From NCBI GenBank assembly GCA_965242705.1, contig OZ251486.1, forward strand, positions 3,151,806-3,215,805: 64,000 nucleotides of DNA, written 5' to 3'. This document shows positions 54,276 through 63,751 of this stretch, one piece after another (within the stretch, counting starts at the first letter, position 1; the number at the start of each line of letters is the position of its first letter). The notes under the pieces were generated by a model. It worked only from the letters and a program-made list of their open reading frames with translations. It did not search any database and was not told the DNA's origin. This DNA comes from Bryobacterales bacterium (GTDB lineage: Bacteria > Acidobacteriota > Terriglobia > Bryobacterales > UBA6623). The translations under genes and the position numbers were made by a program.

Positions 54276-55703
54276 ATGCGCTCCATTCGCCTCTTCGCCG
54301 GGTTTGCCCTGCTTGCCTCCTGCGGCGGGGAGGCGCCGGAACCCGCGCGCCGCGGCCCCAACATCGTCTGGATCATGGCCGACGATCTTGGTTACGGCGA
54401 CCTCGGCTCTTACGGCCAGACGCAGATTCAGACGCCGCATCTCGACCGCATGGCGGCCGAAGGCATGCGCTTTACCGACGTCTATGCGGGCTTTACCGTT
54501 TGCGCGCCGTCGCGAAGCGTGCTGATGACCGGACAGCACACCGGCCATACCCGCGTGCGGCGCAACGGTTCGCCGGGGCTGCTCGACGAAGATGTGACCG
54601 TAGCCGAACTGCTCAACGAGCAGGGTTATGCGACGGCCCTGATCGGCAAGTGGGGCCTGGGCATGGAAGATTCTCCGGGCGCTCCGTGGCGGCAGGGTTT
54701 CGACTATTTCTTCGGCTATCTGAGCCAGGGTCATGCGCACAATTACTATCCGCGCTTTCTGATGCGCATGGGCAAGCGCGTCGCCTTGCGCAACGAAGTC
54801 GTTCCTTCCGGCCGCTACAACGGCATGAGCGGCGTCGCCGTGAAGCGGGTCGATTATTCGCACGATCTGCTGATGGACGAAGCCTTGAACTGGCTGCAAG
54901 AACACGCGGACGAGCCGTTTTTCCTGTATTTGGCGCTGACCATCCCCCATGCGAACAACGAGGCCGGAGGCCGCGAAGGCGGCGGCGACCCCGGCTTGCA
55001 GAACGTCGAGGCCGACCTCGGCGCGCATCGCGGGCGGATCGGCATGGAAGTCCCCGACGCCGGAATATACGCCGGCAAAGACTGGCCCGGCCCGCAGAAG
55101 GGCGCGGCGGCCATGATCTCGTATATGGACGCCGGCATCGGCCGCCTGTTCGACGCACTCGAACGGCACGGCATCGACGAGGATACGCTGGTCTTCTTTA
55201 CCTCCGATAACGGCCCGCACAAGGAAGGCGGCAACGACCCGTTTTTCTTCGACTCGAACGGGGCACTGCAAGGTTACAAGCGTTCGCTGCACGACGGCGG
55301 CATCCGCGTGCCCATGATCGTGCGCTGGCCGGGCGGGACGCCCGCCGGCGCAACCAGCGATTTCGTCTGGTATTTCGCCGATTTCCTGCCTACCGTTGCC
55401 GATCTGCTCGGATTCGAGATTCCGGGCGGGATCGACGGCATCAGCATTCTGCCGACGCTGACCGGCGCCCGGCAGGAACAGGCCGACCGCTTTCTCTACT
55501 GGGGCGGAACCCCGGGTAACGCGGAAGCTGTTCGCTGGGGTAGGTGGAAAGCTGTCCGCGAAGGCCCGCAAGAGCCGCTCGAACTGTTCGATTTGAGTCT
55601 CGACCCGGGGGAGGAAAATAATGTTGCGGAGGAGAACCGCGCAACTGTCGAGGCCGTGCGCCAATACCTCGACCGGGCCGTGACGCCGCTTCCCGCCGAC
55701 TGA
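54276..55703 (+). CDS. Arylsulfatase-family (formylglycine-dependent) sulfatase, lipoprotein
   Basis: Lipobox LLASCGG. NIVWIMADDLGYGDLG. FGly motif CAPSRSVLMTG. Confidence 0.9.
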   Translation: MRSIRLFAGFALLASCGGEAPEPARRGPNIVWIMADDLGYGDLGSYGQTQIQTPHLDRMAAEGMRFTDVYAGFTVCAPSRSVLMTGQHTGHTRVRRNGSPGLLDEDVTVAELLNEQGYATALIGKWGLGMEDSPGAPWRQGFDYFFGYLSQGHAHNYYPRFLMRMGKRVALRNEVVPSGRYNGMSGVAVKRVDYSHDLLMDEALNWLQEHADEPFFLYLALTIPHANNEAGGREGGGDPGLQNVEADLGAHRGRIGMEVPDAGIYAGKDWPGPQKGAAAMISYMDAGIGRLFDALERHGIDEDTLVFFTSDNGPHKEGGNDPFFFDSNGALQGYKRSLHDGGIRVPMIVRWPGGTPAGATSDFVWYFADFLPTVADLLGFEIPGGIDGISILPTLTGARQEQADRFLYWGGTPGNAEAVRWGRWKAVREGPQEPLELFDLSLDPGEENNVAEENRATVEAVRQYLDRAVTPLPAD

Positions 55704-55740
55704 GACCTGAGACTTTTCCTCTCTCCTGGAGACAAGCCGC

Positions 55741-56370
55741 ATGGCCGAGAAAACGGATCTGAAAAAGCAATACAGATCGCTGTTTACGGCCAAGACGCCG
55801 CCCGCGCTCATCGACGCCCCCACGCTTCCCTATCTGATGGTTGACGGCGCCGGCGCGCCGCAAGACCCTGCATTCCGGAACGCCGTCGATGCGCTTTACG
55901 CGGTTGCCTACGCAGTCAAGTTCGCCCGCAAGAAAGCAGGACGAAATCCGGACTATGTTGTCCCGCCGCTCGAGGCGTTGTGGTGGAGCGAGGGCGGGGA
56001 GGAATTCGATCTGGTTCAACGGCCCGAAGCGGTGCGCTGGACCGTGATGGTCATGCAGCCCGACTTCATCGAGGCCGGCCATGTTGCCGCGGGCGCGAAG
56101 GCGGCCAAGTCCAAACTCACAGCGAAAAAGCAGCCGGGCAATCCGGCTCTCGACGAGCTGCGGCTCGACGCTCTGACCGGGGGGCGCGCGGCGCAAATGC
56201 TGTACATCGGGCCGTATGCCGACATGGGTCCCCATATCGAGCGATTGCACCGGTTCATTGCCGCCGAAGGGCTTTCGCCCGCCGGCAAGCATCACGATGT
56301 CTATCTCAGTAATCCGCTGCGGACGCCGCCCGAAAAGCTCAAGACGATCTTGCGGCAGCCGGCCGCATAA
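55741..56370 (+). CDS. GyrI-like small-molecule-binding domain protein
   Basis: 209 aa with LKKQYRSLFTAK..P.LIDAP.LPYLMVDG.G.P and ..MLYIGPYADMGPHIERLHRFI.., a typical GyrI-like pattern. Confidence 0.75.
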   Translation: MAEKTDLKKQYRSLFTAKTPPALIDAPTLPYLMVDGAGAPQDPAFRNAVDALYAVAYAVKFARKKAGRNPDYVVPPLEALWWSEGGEEFDLVQRPEAVRWTVMVMQPDFIEAGHVAAGAKAAKSKLTAKKQPGNPALDELRLDALTGGRAAQMLYIGPYADMGPHIERLHRFIAAEGLSPAGKHHDVYLSNPLRTPPEKLKTILRQPAA

Positions 56371-56415
56371 TTCTGCCGCCAGGTCGTCTGCCGGGGAGAG
56401 GACTTCGAGCAAGCG

Positions 56416-56874
56416 ATGAACCGGGCGGCGCGAGCCTTGGAAGGCATTTCCGTCTTCGACGCGGCGGGCGCCGCCGCCTATTGCGGCAAGCTGTTCGCGG
56501 ACCGCGGCGCCGACGTAGTGCCGGCGGGGCCGCCGGGCAGCGGGTTCGCCGCGCGCGGGCTTGCCCCATTTGCGCCGGGCGCCGCGCCGCCCGAGTCCAG
56601 CGCGATGCATGCTTGCCTGAGCACGAACAAGCGCAGCGTCGAGTTGGATATGGAAAACCCCGGGGACGCCGCGAAGTTTTTCGAGGCGGCGCAAGACGGC
56701 GCGCCGTTCGATATCGAGCGTCCCGCGCCGACGCTGGGACGACGCAACCGCGAGATACTGGACGGAATACCGGGGCTGTCTGACCGCGAGATCGCAGACT
56801 TGGCCGAAGCGGAAATCATCGGAGATCGCCTGCGGACGCCCGTCCGCCGAAAGACGGAAGGAAAGCGTCGATGA
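56416..56874 (+). pseudogene. Internally collapsed CaiB/BaiF (family III) CoA-transferase remnant
   Basis: The 152-aa ORF keeps an N-terminal LEGISVFDAAGAAAYCGKLFADRGADVV.. and a C-terminal ..PAPTLGRRNREILDGIPGLSDREIADLAEAEII. It lacks the roughly 250-aa middle of the family. Confidence 0.55.
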
Positions 56875-59800
56875 AGTTGTTGATCGCCAACCGCGGCGAA
56901 ATTGCGATTCGGGTCGCGCGTGCCGCCGCCGATCTCGGTATCCCTGCCGTTGCGGTTTATTCCGAAGACGACGCCCGCTCGCTGCACGTTCTTCGCGCGG
57001 AACAAGCCGCCGCGCTTCGAGGCCGCGGCCCGACCGCCTACCTGGACATCGAGCAGATCATTGCGGCTGCGAAGGAACACGGCTGCAGCGCCGTACATCC
57101 CGGATACGGGTTTCTGAGTGAGAACGCCGCGTTCGCCGCGCGCTGCGCAGAGGAAGACCTTGTGTTCGTGGGGCCGCCGCCGGAAGCGTTGGTTCTGTTC
57201 GGCGATAAAGTGCGCGCCCGGGTGCTTGCCGAAGAGCACGGCGTTCCGGTCGCGCCGGGCGTTTCGCAATCCGTTTCGCTCGAAGAAGCGCAACGATTTT
57301 TCGAGAGCCTGCCCGCGGGTTCTGCGATGTTGATCAAGGCCGTCGGCGGCGGCGGCGGGCGCGGCATGCGCCTCGCGGCCGACCGCGGCGCGGTCGAGGA
57401 CGCCTACGAACGCGCGCGTTCCGAGGCGGAATCGGCCTTCGGTCAAAGCGGCGTATTCGTCGAACGGTTCCTGCCGAGGGTCAGACACATCGAGGTGCAA
57501 ATCGCCGCCGACGGCGAAGGCAGCGTGGCTGCGCTCGGCGACCGAGACTGTACGCTGCAGCGCCGCCGCCAGAAGATCATCGAGATCGCGCCGGCGCCTG
57601 CTCTCGACGGCGCACTGCGGGAGAACCTCGCCGCGGCGGCGGTCAAGCTGGCGCGCGCCGGGGAATACCGCAATCTCGGCACGTTCGAATTCCTGGTCGA
57701 GAATGCCGCCGACCCCGATGGGTTTGCATTCATCGAGGCCAACGCCCGGCTGCAGGTCGAACACACCGTGACCGAGGAATCTGCCGGCATCGACCTCGTC
57801 TGCTTGCAGATCGAGATCGCGCGGGGGAAATCGCTGTTGGAACTGGACGCCGCACAGTCCGCGGCGGCGCCGCCGCGCGGTTTCGCCGTGCAGGCGCGCG
57901 TGAATCTGGAGACGATGGGGCCGGACGGAGAAGCGCGTCCGTCGAGCGGCATCCTGACGGCTTTCGAGCCGCCGTCGGGTCCGCGCATCCGCACCGATAC
58001 GTTCGGCTATGTCGGCTACCGCACAGGCTCGGCGTTCGATTCTCTGCTGGCCAAGGTCATCGCTTGGTCGCCTTCCGCCGATTTCGCGGACGCGGCGGCG
58101 CGGGCGGCGCGGGCGCTCGGCGAGTTCCGCATCGCCGGCGTACAGACGAACATCGCCTTCCTGCGGGCGCTGCTGACGCATCCCGACGTGGTCGGATGCC
58201 GCGTCTGCACGCGCTTTGCGGACGATCGGGCAAGCGAATTGGCGGCGGCCGCGCAGCAATACGAACCGGCGAGTCTGCCGGCTGCCGCAGGCGCGGAGGA
58301 AAACCGCCGCGCGGCGGGCGCCGTGATCGACAGCGGCGACCCGCTGGCCGTGCTCGCGCACGGCAAGACCGAGGACGAGCCCCGCGCCGCGGCTGCGCCG
58401 CCGCCGGCTGAAATCGAGGGCGTTGCCGTCGTTCGAGCGCCGATGCAGGGGACGATCGTGAGCCTGGACGTTGCCGCGGGCGGCGAGGTGCTGGAAGGGG
58501 AACGAATTCTCGTGATGGAGGCGATGAAGATGGAGCACGAGATATGCTCCACGGCCGGCGGTTCCGTGCGCGAGATCGCCGTTGCGGTCGGCGATACGGT
58601 TTACGAGGGAAGCCCGCTGGCGTTCGTCGAAGAAAAGGAAATTGCGGCGCGGGCTGCGGGCGGCGTCGCCGCTCTCGATCTCGATTTCGTGCGGCCCGAT
58701 CTGGCGGAAGTTCACGAGCGCCGCCGCGTCACGCTCGACGAAGCCCGCCCTGAGGCGGTAGCCAAGCGGCGCAAGACGCGGCAGCGCACGGCCCGGGAAA
58801 ACATCGACGATCTTTGCGACGAGGGGAGCTTCGTCGAGTACGGCCAACTCGCGCTGACTCCCGGGTCGGGACTGCCGCGCAGCGAGGCGATCCGCAAATT
58901 TCCGACCGACGGCATGATCACCGGCATCGGCTCGGTCAACGGCGGGCAATTTCCCGGCGAGGCGTCGCGCTGCGTCGTCATGGCTTACGACTACACGGTG
59001 CTCGCCGGAACGCAGGGCGTGACCAACCACCTGAAGACTGACCGCATGCTCGAGTTGGCGCGCAAGTGGCGGCGCCCGGTGGTGCTGTTCGCCGAAGGCG
59101 GCGGCGGCCGCGCGGGCACGGGGGGCAAGCGCAAGGGCGGAAGCGCAACTACCGGGGCGGGGCAGGGCCGCACCGATGACGCCTATCGCCCGCTCGACGT
59201 TCCGACGTTCGCCACCATGGGCTCGCTCAGCGGGTGGGTTCCCTTGGTGGGCATCGCCTCCCGCTACTGCTTTGCCGGCAACGCCTCGCTGCTGGGCTGT
59301 TGCGACGTGATCATCGCTACTGAAGACTCGAGCATCGGCATGGGCGGCCCCGCGCTGATCGAAGGCGGCGGGCTGGGCGTCTTCCATCCGGCCGAGGTCG
59401 GCCCCATCGATGTCCAGGCTGCCGGCGGCGTGGTCGATATCGCGGTCAAGGACGAAGCCGCGGCGACGGCCGCGGCCAAGCAATACCTGGCGTACTTTCA
59501 GGGCGCGGTCGGCGGCTGGAAATGCGCCGATCAGAGACTGCTGCGCAACGCCGTCCCGGAAAATCGGCTGCGCGTTTACGATATCCGCGCCCTGATTCGA
59601 ACGCTTGCGGATGCGGACAGCGTCCTGGAGTTGCGCCCGCAATTCGGGTTGGGCATGGTTACCGCGCTGGCGCGCATCGAGGGCTGTCCGCTGGGCGTCA
59701 TCGCCAACAATCCCAAGCATCTGTCGGGCGCAATCGACAGCGACGGAGCGGACAAGGCGGCGCGCTTCATGCAGCTTTGCGACGCCTTCGACCTGCCCAT

Positions 59801-60290
59801 CGTCGTGCTCTGCGACACGCCGGGCATGATGGTCGGCCCGGAAATCGAGCGCAGCGGTCTTGTGCGCCACTGCAGCCGGCTGTTCGTGACCGGCCCGAAC
59901 GTCACCGTGCCGCTGATGACCATCGTTTTGCGCAAGGCTTACGGTCTGGGCGCGCAGGCGATGGCCGGCGGCGGCATGAAGCAGCCGATGTTCACCGCGG
60001 CTTGGCCGACCGGCGAGTACGGCGGCATGGGACTCGAAGGGCAAATGAAGCTCGGTTTTCGCAACGAGTTGGCGGCCATCGACGCCCCCGAGGCGCGCCG
60101 CAGACGGTATGACCAACTCGTGGCTGCGGCTTACGAGCGGGGCCGCGCGCTCAACGGCGGCGTTTCGTTTGCCTTCGACGACGTGATCGATCCGGCGGAT
60201 TCGCGCTTCTGGATCGTTCGCGCGCTGGAGTCGGTTCCGCCACCCGGCGAGCGCAAAGCCAAAAAACGCCCGAACGTCGATACCTGGTAG
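56871..60290 (+). CDS. Single-chain acyl-CoA carboxylase (biotin carboxylase + BCCP + carboxyltransferase)
   Basis: N-terminus MKLLIANRGEIAIRVARAA (ATP-grasp BC), the biotinyl motif EAMKME in the middle, and a C-terminal carboxyltransferase (..MAYDYTVLAGTQG.., ..VVLFAEGGGGR..). 1139 aa. Confidence 0.9.
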   Translation: MKLLIANRGEIAIRVARAAADLGIPAVAVYSEDDARSLHVLRAEQAAALRGRGPTAYLDIEQIIAAAKEHGCSAVHPGYGFLSENAAFAARCAEEDLVFVGPPPEALVLFGDKVRARVLAEEHGVPVAPGVSQSVSLEEAQRFFESLPAGSAMLIKAVGGGGGRGMRLAADRGAVEDAYERARSEAESAFGQSGVFVERFLPRVRHIEVQIAADGEGSVAALGDRDCTLQRRRQKIIEIAPAPALDGALRENLAAAAVKLARAGEYRNLGTFEFLVENAADPDGFAFIEANARLQVEHTVTEESAGIDLVCLQIEIARGKSLLELDAAQSAAAPPRGFAVQARVNLETMGPDGEARPSSGILTAFEPPSGPRIRTDTFGYVGYRTGSAFDSLLAKVIAWSPSADFADAAARAARALGEFRIAGVQTNIAFLRALLTHPDVVGCRVCTRFADDRASELAAAAQQYEPASLPAAAGAEENRRAAGAVIDSGDPLAVLAHGKTEDEPRAAAAPPPAEIEGVAVVRAPMQGTIVSLDVAAGGEVLEGERILVMEAMKMEHEICSTAGGSVREIAVAVGDTVYEGSPLAFVEEKEIAARAAGGVAALDLDFVRPDLAEVHERRRVTLDEARPEAVAKRRKTRQRTARENIDDLCDEGSFVEYGQLALTPGSGLPRSEAIRKFPTDGMITGIGSVNGGQFPGEASRCVVMAYDYTVLAGTQGVTNHLKTDRMLELARKWRRPVVLFAEGGGGRAGTGGKRKGGSATTGAGQGRTDDAYRPLDVPTFATMGSLSGWVPLVGIASRYCFAGNASLLGCCDVIIATEDSSIGMGGPALIEGGGLGVFHPAEVGPIDVQAAGGVVDIAVKDEAAATAAAKQYLAYFQGAVGGWKCADQRLLRNAVPENRLRVYDIRALIRTLADADSVLELRPQFGLGMVTALARIEGCPLGVIANNPKHLSGAIDSDGADKAARFMQLCDAFDLPIVVLCDTPGMMVGPEIERSGLVRHCSRLFVTGPNVTVPLMTIVLRKAYGLGAQAMAGGGMKQPMFTAAWPTGEYGGMGLEGQMKLGFRNELAAIDAPEARRRRYDQLVAAAYERGRALNGGVSFAFDDVIDPADSRFWIVRALESVPPPGERKAKKRPNVDTW

Positions 60291-60328
60291 CTCGTGTATT
60301 CCGCTGATGGCTTGTATATTCTGTCTGT

Positions 60329-60781
60329 ATGCCCCGGTTTTTCCTTGCGCTTCTGCTTGCTGGTAGCCTGCCTGCCGCTGACCTGAAGCTCGGCGATCCG
60401 TTGACTTTGCGCGAGCCGCTGGGAGTCGGCAAGCTGCTCGCGGCGGCGGATGATTACGTCGGTAAGACCGTGCAGGTGAAGGGAAAGATCACGGAAGTCT
60501 GCCTCATGGCGGGTTGCTGGACAATGCTTCGCGGCGAAGGCGGGGAAACGGTGCGCGTCAAGGTTGCCGACGGCGAAATCGTTTTTCCACGGGAAGCGGT
60601 GGGCCGCGAGGCGGTTGCCGAGGGCAGGTTCGCGCGCTTCGAGTTGTCGCGGGAGCAGGCCGCCGCCGCGGCGGCGCACGAGGCGGAAGAACAGGGGCGC
60701 CGTTTCGACCCCGCGAGCGTGAAAAGCCCGCAAGTGATTTATCGCATTGAGGGCCGCGGCGCCGTTGTCGAGTTCCCGTGA
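60329..60781 (+). CDS. DUF4920 domain protein
   Basis: Signal peptide, then ..GKTVQVKGKITEVCLMAGCWTML.., the characteristic DUF4920 C..GCW motif. Confidence 0.72.
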   Translation: MPRFFLALLLAGSLPAADLKLGDPLTLREPLGVGKLLAAADDYVGKTVQVKGKITEVCLMAGCWTMLRGEGGETVRVKVADGEIVFPREAVGREAVAEGRFARFELSREQAAAAAAHEAEEQGRRFDPASVKSPQVIYRIEGRGAVVEFP

Positions 60782-60859
60782 GGTCTCCCTTGGACTCGCG
60801 CAGCCTCGGGCGCCCTCGCATGACGCTGCAGGAAGCCACCGCGGCAAGGCGGTTTCCGG

Positions 60860-61402
60860 TTATGCGCCCCGACCGCCGATCGTGTGGGTCAACAGGCGCA
60901 GCCCCGCGTAGATTTTCGGGTCGATCCGGCGCCCCTCGGCGGCGTGCCCCTGCAGCCGGATATCGACCGCGTCGAGAGGCACGGTATGGACGCGGATGTC
61001 CTCACCCTCCACGCCGCCGCCCGGCCCGACCTTGGTCAATTCCGCCGCGTGGACAAAGGTAACGATCTCGCTGGTCATTCCCCCGGAGCTCGGCGTCTTG
61101 GCTGCAATCGAAAGCCGTCCCGCGCGGTACCCGGTTTCTTCCTCCAGTTCGCGGTTGGCCGCATCCAACAGGCTTTCGCCGCGGAACGCCGCCTCGTCGC
61201 CGACAAGTCCGGCGGGCAACTCGATCATTTTTGCCCGCACCGGCTCGCGGTACTGCTCGACGAGCACCAGCTCATCGCTTGCGGTAACGGCGATGAGAAC
61301 CGCGACTTCGGTGACGCCGACCCGCTCGACGAACTCCCAGCCGTTGCGTTTTTGCAGGCGCAGGAAGCGGCCTTCGCCCAAAGTCTCGGTCTTTCCGCTC
61401 AT
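60860..61402 (-). CDS. NUDIX hydrolase (ADP-ribose pyrophosphatase-like)
   Basis: Nudix box GLVGDEAAFRGESLLDAANRELEEETGY. Confidence 0.85.
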   Translation of the reverse strand: MSGKTETLGEGRFLRLQKRNGWEFVERVGVTEVAVLIAVTASDELVLVEQYREPVRAKMIELPAGLVGDEAAFRGESLLDAANRELEEETGYRAGRLSIAAKTPSSGGMTSEIVTFVHAAELTKVGPGGGVEGEDIRVHTVPLDAVDIRLQGHAAEGRRIDPKIYAGLRLLTHTIGGRGA

Positions 61403-62010
61403 AGCGCGTTTGCCGAGACGATATCAATTCCGGCCGCGGCCATTTCTTCCCAGGCCCGGGAGACATCGCCGGGTTCGAGATCGATGCCGCGGCAGCCCTC
61501 GCGGATCGCATGGGTGCGCCAACCGAGTTCGACGGCGTCGAGCGCGCTGAACTTGACGCAATAATCGGTAGCGAGTCCCACAAGGTAGATTTCGTCGATG
61601 CCGGCGTTTTTCAGGTGCTCGTGCAGTCCGGTCGCCCGCCGGCGCGCGTTGTCGAAAAACGCGCTGTAGCTGTCGAGCAGGCGATCGCTGCCCTTGCGGA
61701 TAACCGCGTCGAGGCGCCCGGCGTCGAAACAGCGGTGCAGCGCGGCGCCCGGCGTCCCCTGGACGCAGTGGTCGGGCCAAAGAGTTTGCTGCAATCCGTC
61801 GAGATCGACGATGTCGCCGGGCGATTTGCCGGGGTGCTGCGAGGCGAAGCTGAGGTGATCGGGCGGATGCCAATCCTGCGTTGCGACAACGTGTTCGAAG
61901 CGCCGCGCCAAGCGGTTCGCCGCCGCGGCGGCCTCATCCCCTCCAGGGACGGCCAGCGCGCCGCCGGGCAGGAAATCGTTTTGGAGATCGATCAGGATCA
62001 GGGCTTTCAT
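61399..62010 (-). CDS. pncA: Nicotinamidase/pyrazinamidase
   Basis: MKALILIDLQNDFLPGGALAV.., ..ATQDWHP.., ..LVGLATDYCV... Confidence 0.9.
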   Translation of the reverse strand: MKALILIDLQNDFLPGGALAVPGGDEAAAAANRLARRFEHVVATQDWHPPDHLSFASQHPGKSPGDIVDLDGLQQTLWPDHCVQGTPGAALHRCFDAGRLDAVIRKGSDRLLDSYSAFFDNARRRATGLHEHLKNAGIDEIYLVGLATDYCVKFSALDAVELGWRTHAIREGCRGIDLEPGDVSRAWEEMAAAGIDIVSANAL

Positions 62011-62885
62011 GAGCGCAGCAGCCTGGTCAGGTACTCGCGCACGCGGGCGCCGTGGTCGGGGTCGGCGAGGGCGAAGTCGATGAACGTTTCGAAATAGCTG
62101 GGAATGCTGCCGATGTCGTAGCGTTTTTCCCCGGTCTGGAGCTTGACCCCCACGACGCGCCGCCCGCTTTCGCAGATCATGCGGATGGCGTCGGTCAACT
62201 GGATTTCGCCGCGCGCATCGGGTTCGACGCGCCGAAGCATGTCGAAAATAACGGGGGAAAAAATGTAGCGGCCGGCGACCGCGAGGCGGCTGGGGGCTTC
62301 CTCGGGGCGGGGTTTTTCGATCAGCGTTCCGACCCGGAATACGCTGCCGTCGGTTTCGGGTTCGATGATGCCGTAAAGCGAGACGTGTTCGCGGGGGACT
62401 TCCTCGACCGCGATTGCCGCCGCGGCGTCGTGCTCTTCGTAAGCCGCCGCCATGCGTTCGCAGATCGTGGCCTTTCCGCGGGTTTTGATGATGGAGTCGC
62501 CGAGCGCGACGAGGAAAGGGTCGTGTCCGGCGAAGGCTTCGCCGTGCAGAACCGCGTCTCCAAGGCCGCGCTGCACACTCTGGCGCGTGTACCAGAAATG
62601 CAGCCCCGACTGCTCGAAATCGATCTCCGCGAGCAGATCGCTGCGGTTGACCTTGCGCAGGTGATCCACCAACGCTTGGTCGCGGTCGAAGTGGTTTTCG
62701 ATCGACGTCTTGCCGCGGCCGGTGATGAACAGCAACTGCTGCGCGCCGGAGCGGGCGAGCTCTTCGACGACGTATTGCACGACCGGCTTCTTGGCGACCG
62801 GCAGCATTTCCTTGGGCTGCGATTTGGTCGCCGGCAGCAGGCGGGTGCCGAGGCCCGCCACCGGTACGACGGCGTTGCGGATCAC
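62007..62885 (-). CDS. galU: UTP--glucose-1-phosphate uridylyltransferase
   Basis: VVPVAGLGTRLLPATKSQPKEMLPV, and ..IFSPVIFDML... 292 aa. Confidence 0.93.
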   Translation of the reverse strand: MIRNAVVPVAGLGTRLLPATKSQPKEMLPVAKKPVVQYVVEELARSGAQQLLFITGRGKTSIENHFDRDQALVDHLRKVNRSDLLAEIDFEQSGLHFWYTRQSVQRGLGDAVLHGEAFAGHDPFLVALGDSIIKTRGKATICERMAAAYEEHDAAAAIAVEEVPREHVSLYGIIEPETDGSVFRVGTLIEKPRPEEAPSRLAVAGRYIFSPVIFDMLRRVEPDARGEIQLTDAIRMICESGRRVVGVKLQTGEKRYDIGSIPSYFETFIDFALADPDHGARVREYLTRLLRS

Positions 62886-62950
62886 TTCCCCAATCTATCA
62901 GACGGTTTTCGGGGCGGTCGGCGCTGCCGGGAATGGCGCCGTTGCGGCGC

Positions 62951-63751
62951 CTACAGCGGGGCGCTTCGATTCCAGAAATCGTCGAACAGGCTGCGCATGG
63001 CGGAAGCCAGGCTTTTGTGCTCGAACACGAGCGCGGTGATCTGGGGGTGGCTGACCACCGGGTCGTTCAGCGAGATCATGCCGCTGCGGCTGTCGAAGAG
63101 CGCCAGCTTCATGGGGATGTTTTTGCCCAGACGCACGTCCGCGCCCGCCTGCTGGAGCAGTTGCAGCCGTTGCAATTGATCGCGGCTGTTGACGACTTCG
63201 GAGTCGAACATCAGTTTGCAGATGGTGCCTTGGTCGGCGCGGCTGCGGACCATCGGCTCGCGCACGGGATCGACGCCGTACGGCGGCCGCGCGAACTCGA
63301 GGTATTCCGTCTCGGTCTGCCGCAGCATGCGGTGGTATTCCTCGACGATTTGCCGCGTATCGGCCACGATGCGCAGATAGTCGAGCGGCCCCCGCCCCTG
63401 GTTGCCGTTCTCGAATACGGCAGCCAAGTCGTCGCTGACGATTTTTGTGAGGCGTTGGCGGTCTTTCCATTCGCGCTGCAGCGATTCGCGCTTGCGGGTG
63501 ATGTAGCCGTCGAGCGCCAAGCGGGGCTCCACGGCCGAAAACTGCTTGGCCTTGCCCTGCACCACGCGCACAAATCCCTTCTCGACCAAACTGTCGAGCA
63601 CTTCGTAAATCTTCTGACGGGGAATTTCGGCCCTGCCCGCGACTTCAAGGGCCTTGAAATGCGCGTGGCCGATCAGAACCAGATAGGCGCGGGATTCGTA
63701 GGCGTTCAAGCCGATATCCTGCAGCCGGCGCGTCTGAAGCTCAATATCCAA
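62951..63751 (-). CDS. TrmB-family transcriptional regulator
   Basis: N-terminal winged HTH (LQDIGLNAYESRAYLVLIG..ALEVAGRAEIPRQKIYEVLDSLVEKGFV) plus a C-terminal effector-like domain. Confidence 0.82.
   Translation of the reverse strand: MDIELQTRRLQDIGLNAYESRAYLVLIGHAHFKALEVAGRAEIPRQKIYEVLDSLVEKGFVRVVQGKAKQFSAVEPRLALDGYITRKRESLQREWKDRQRLTKIVSDDLAAVFENGNQGRGPLDYLRIVADTRQIVEEYHRMLRQTETEYLEFARPPYGVDPVREPMVRSRADQGTICKLMFDSEVVNSRDQLQRLQLLQQAGADVRLGKNIPMKLALFDSRSGMISLNDPVVSHPQITALVFEHKSLASAMRSLFDDFWNRSAPL

Noticed and set aside
56478-60116. 1212-aa minus-strand ORF.
   Set aside because: It is antisense to the BC-BCCP-CT carboxylase and has low-complexity R/A/G composition.
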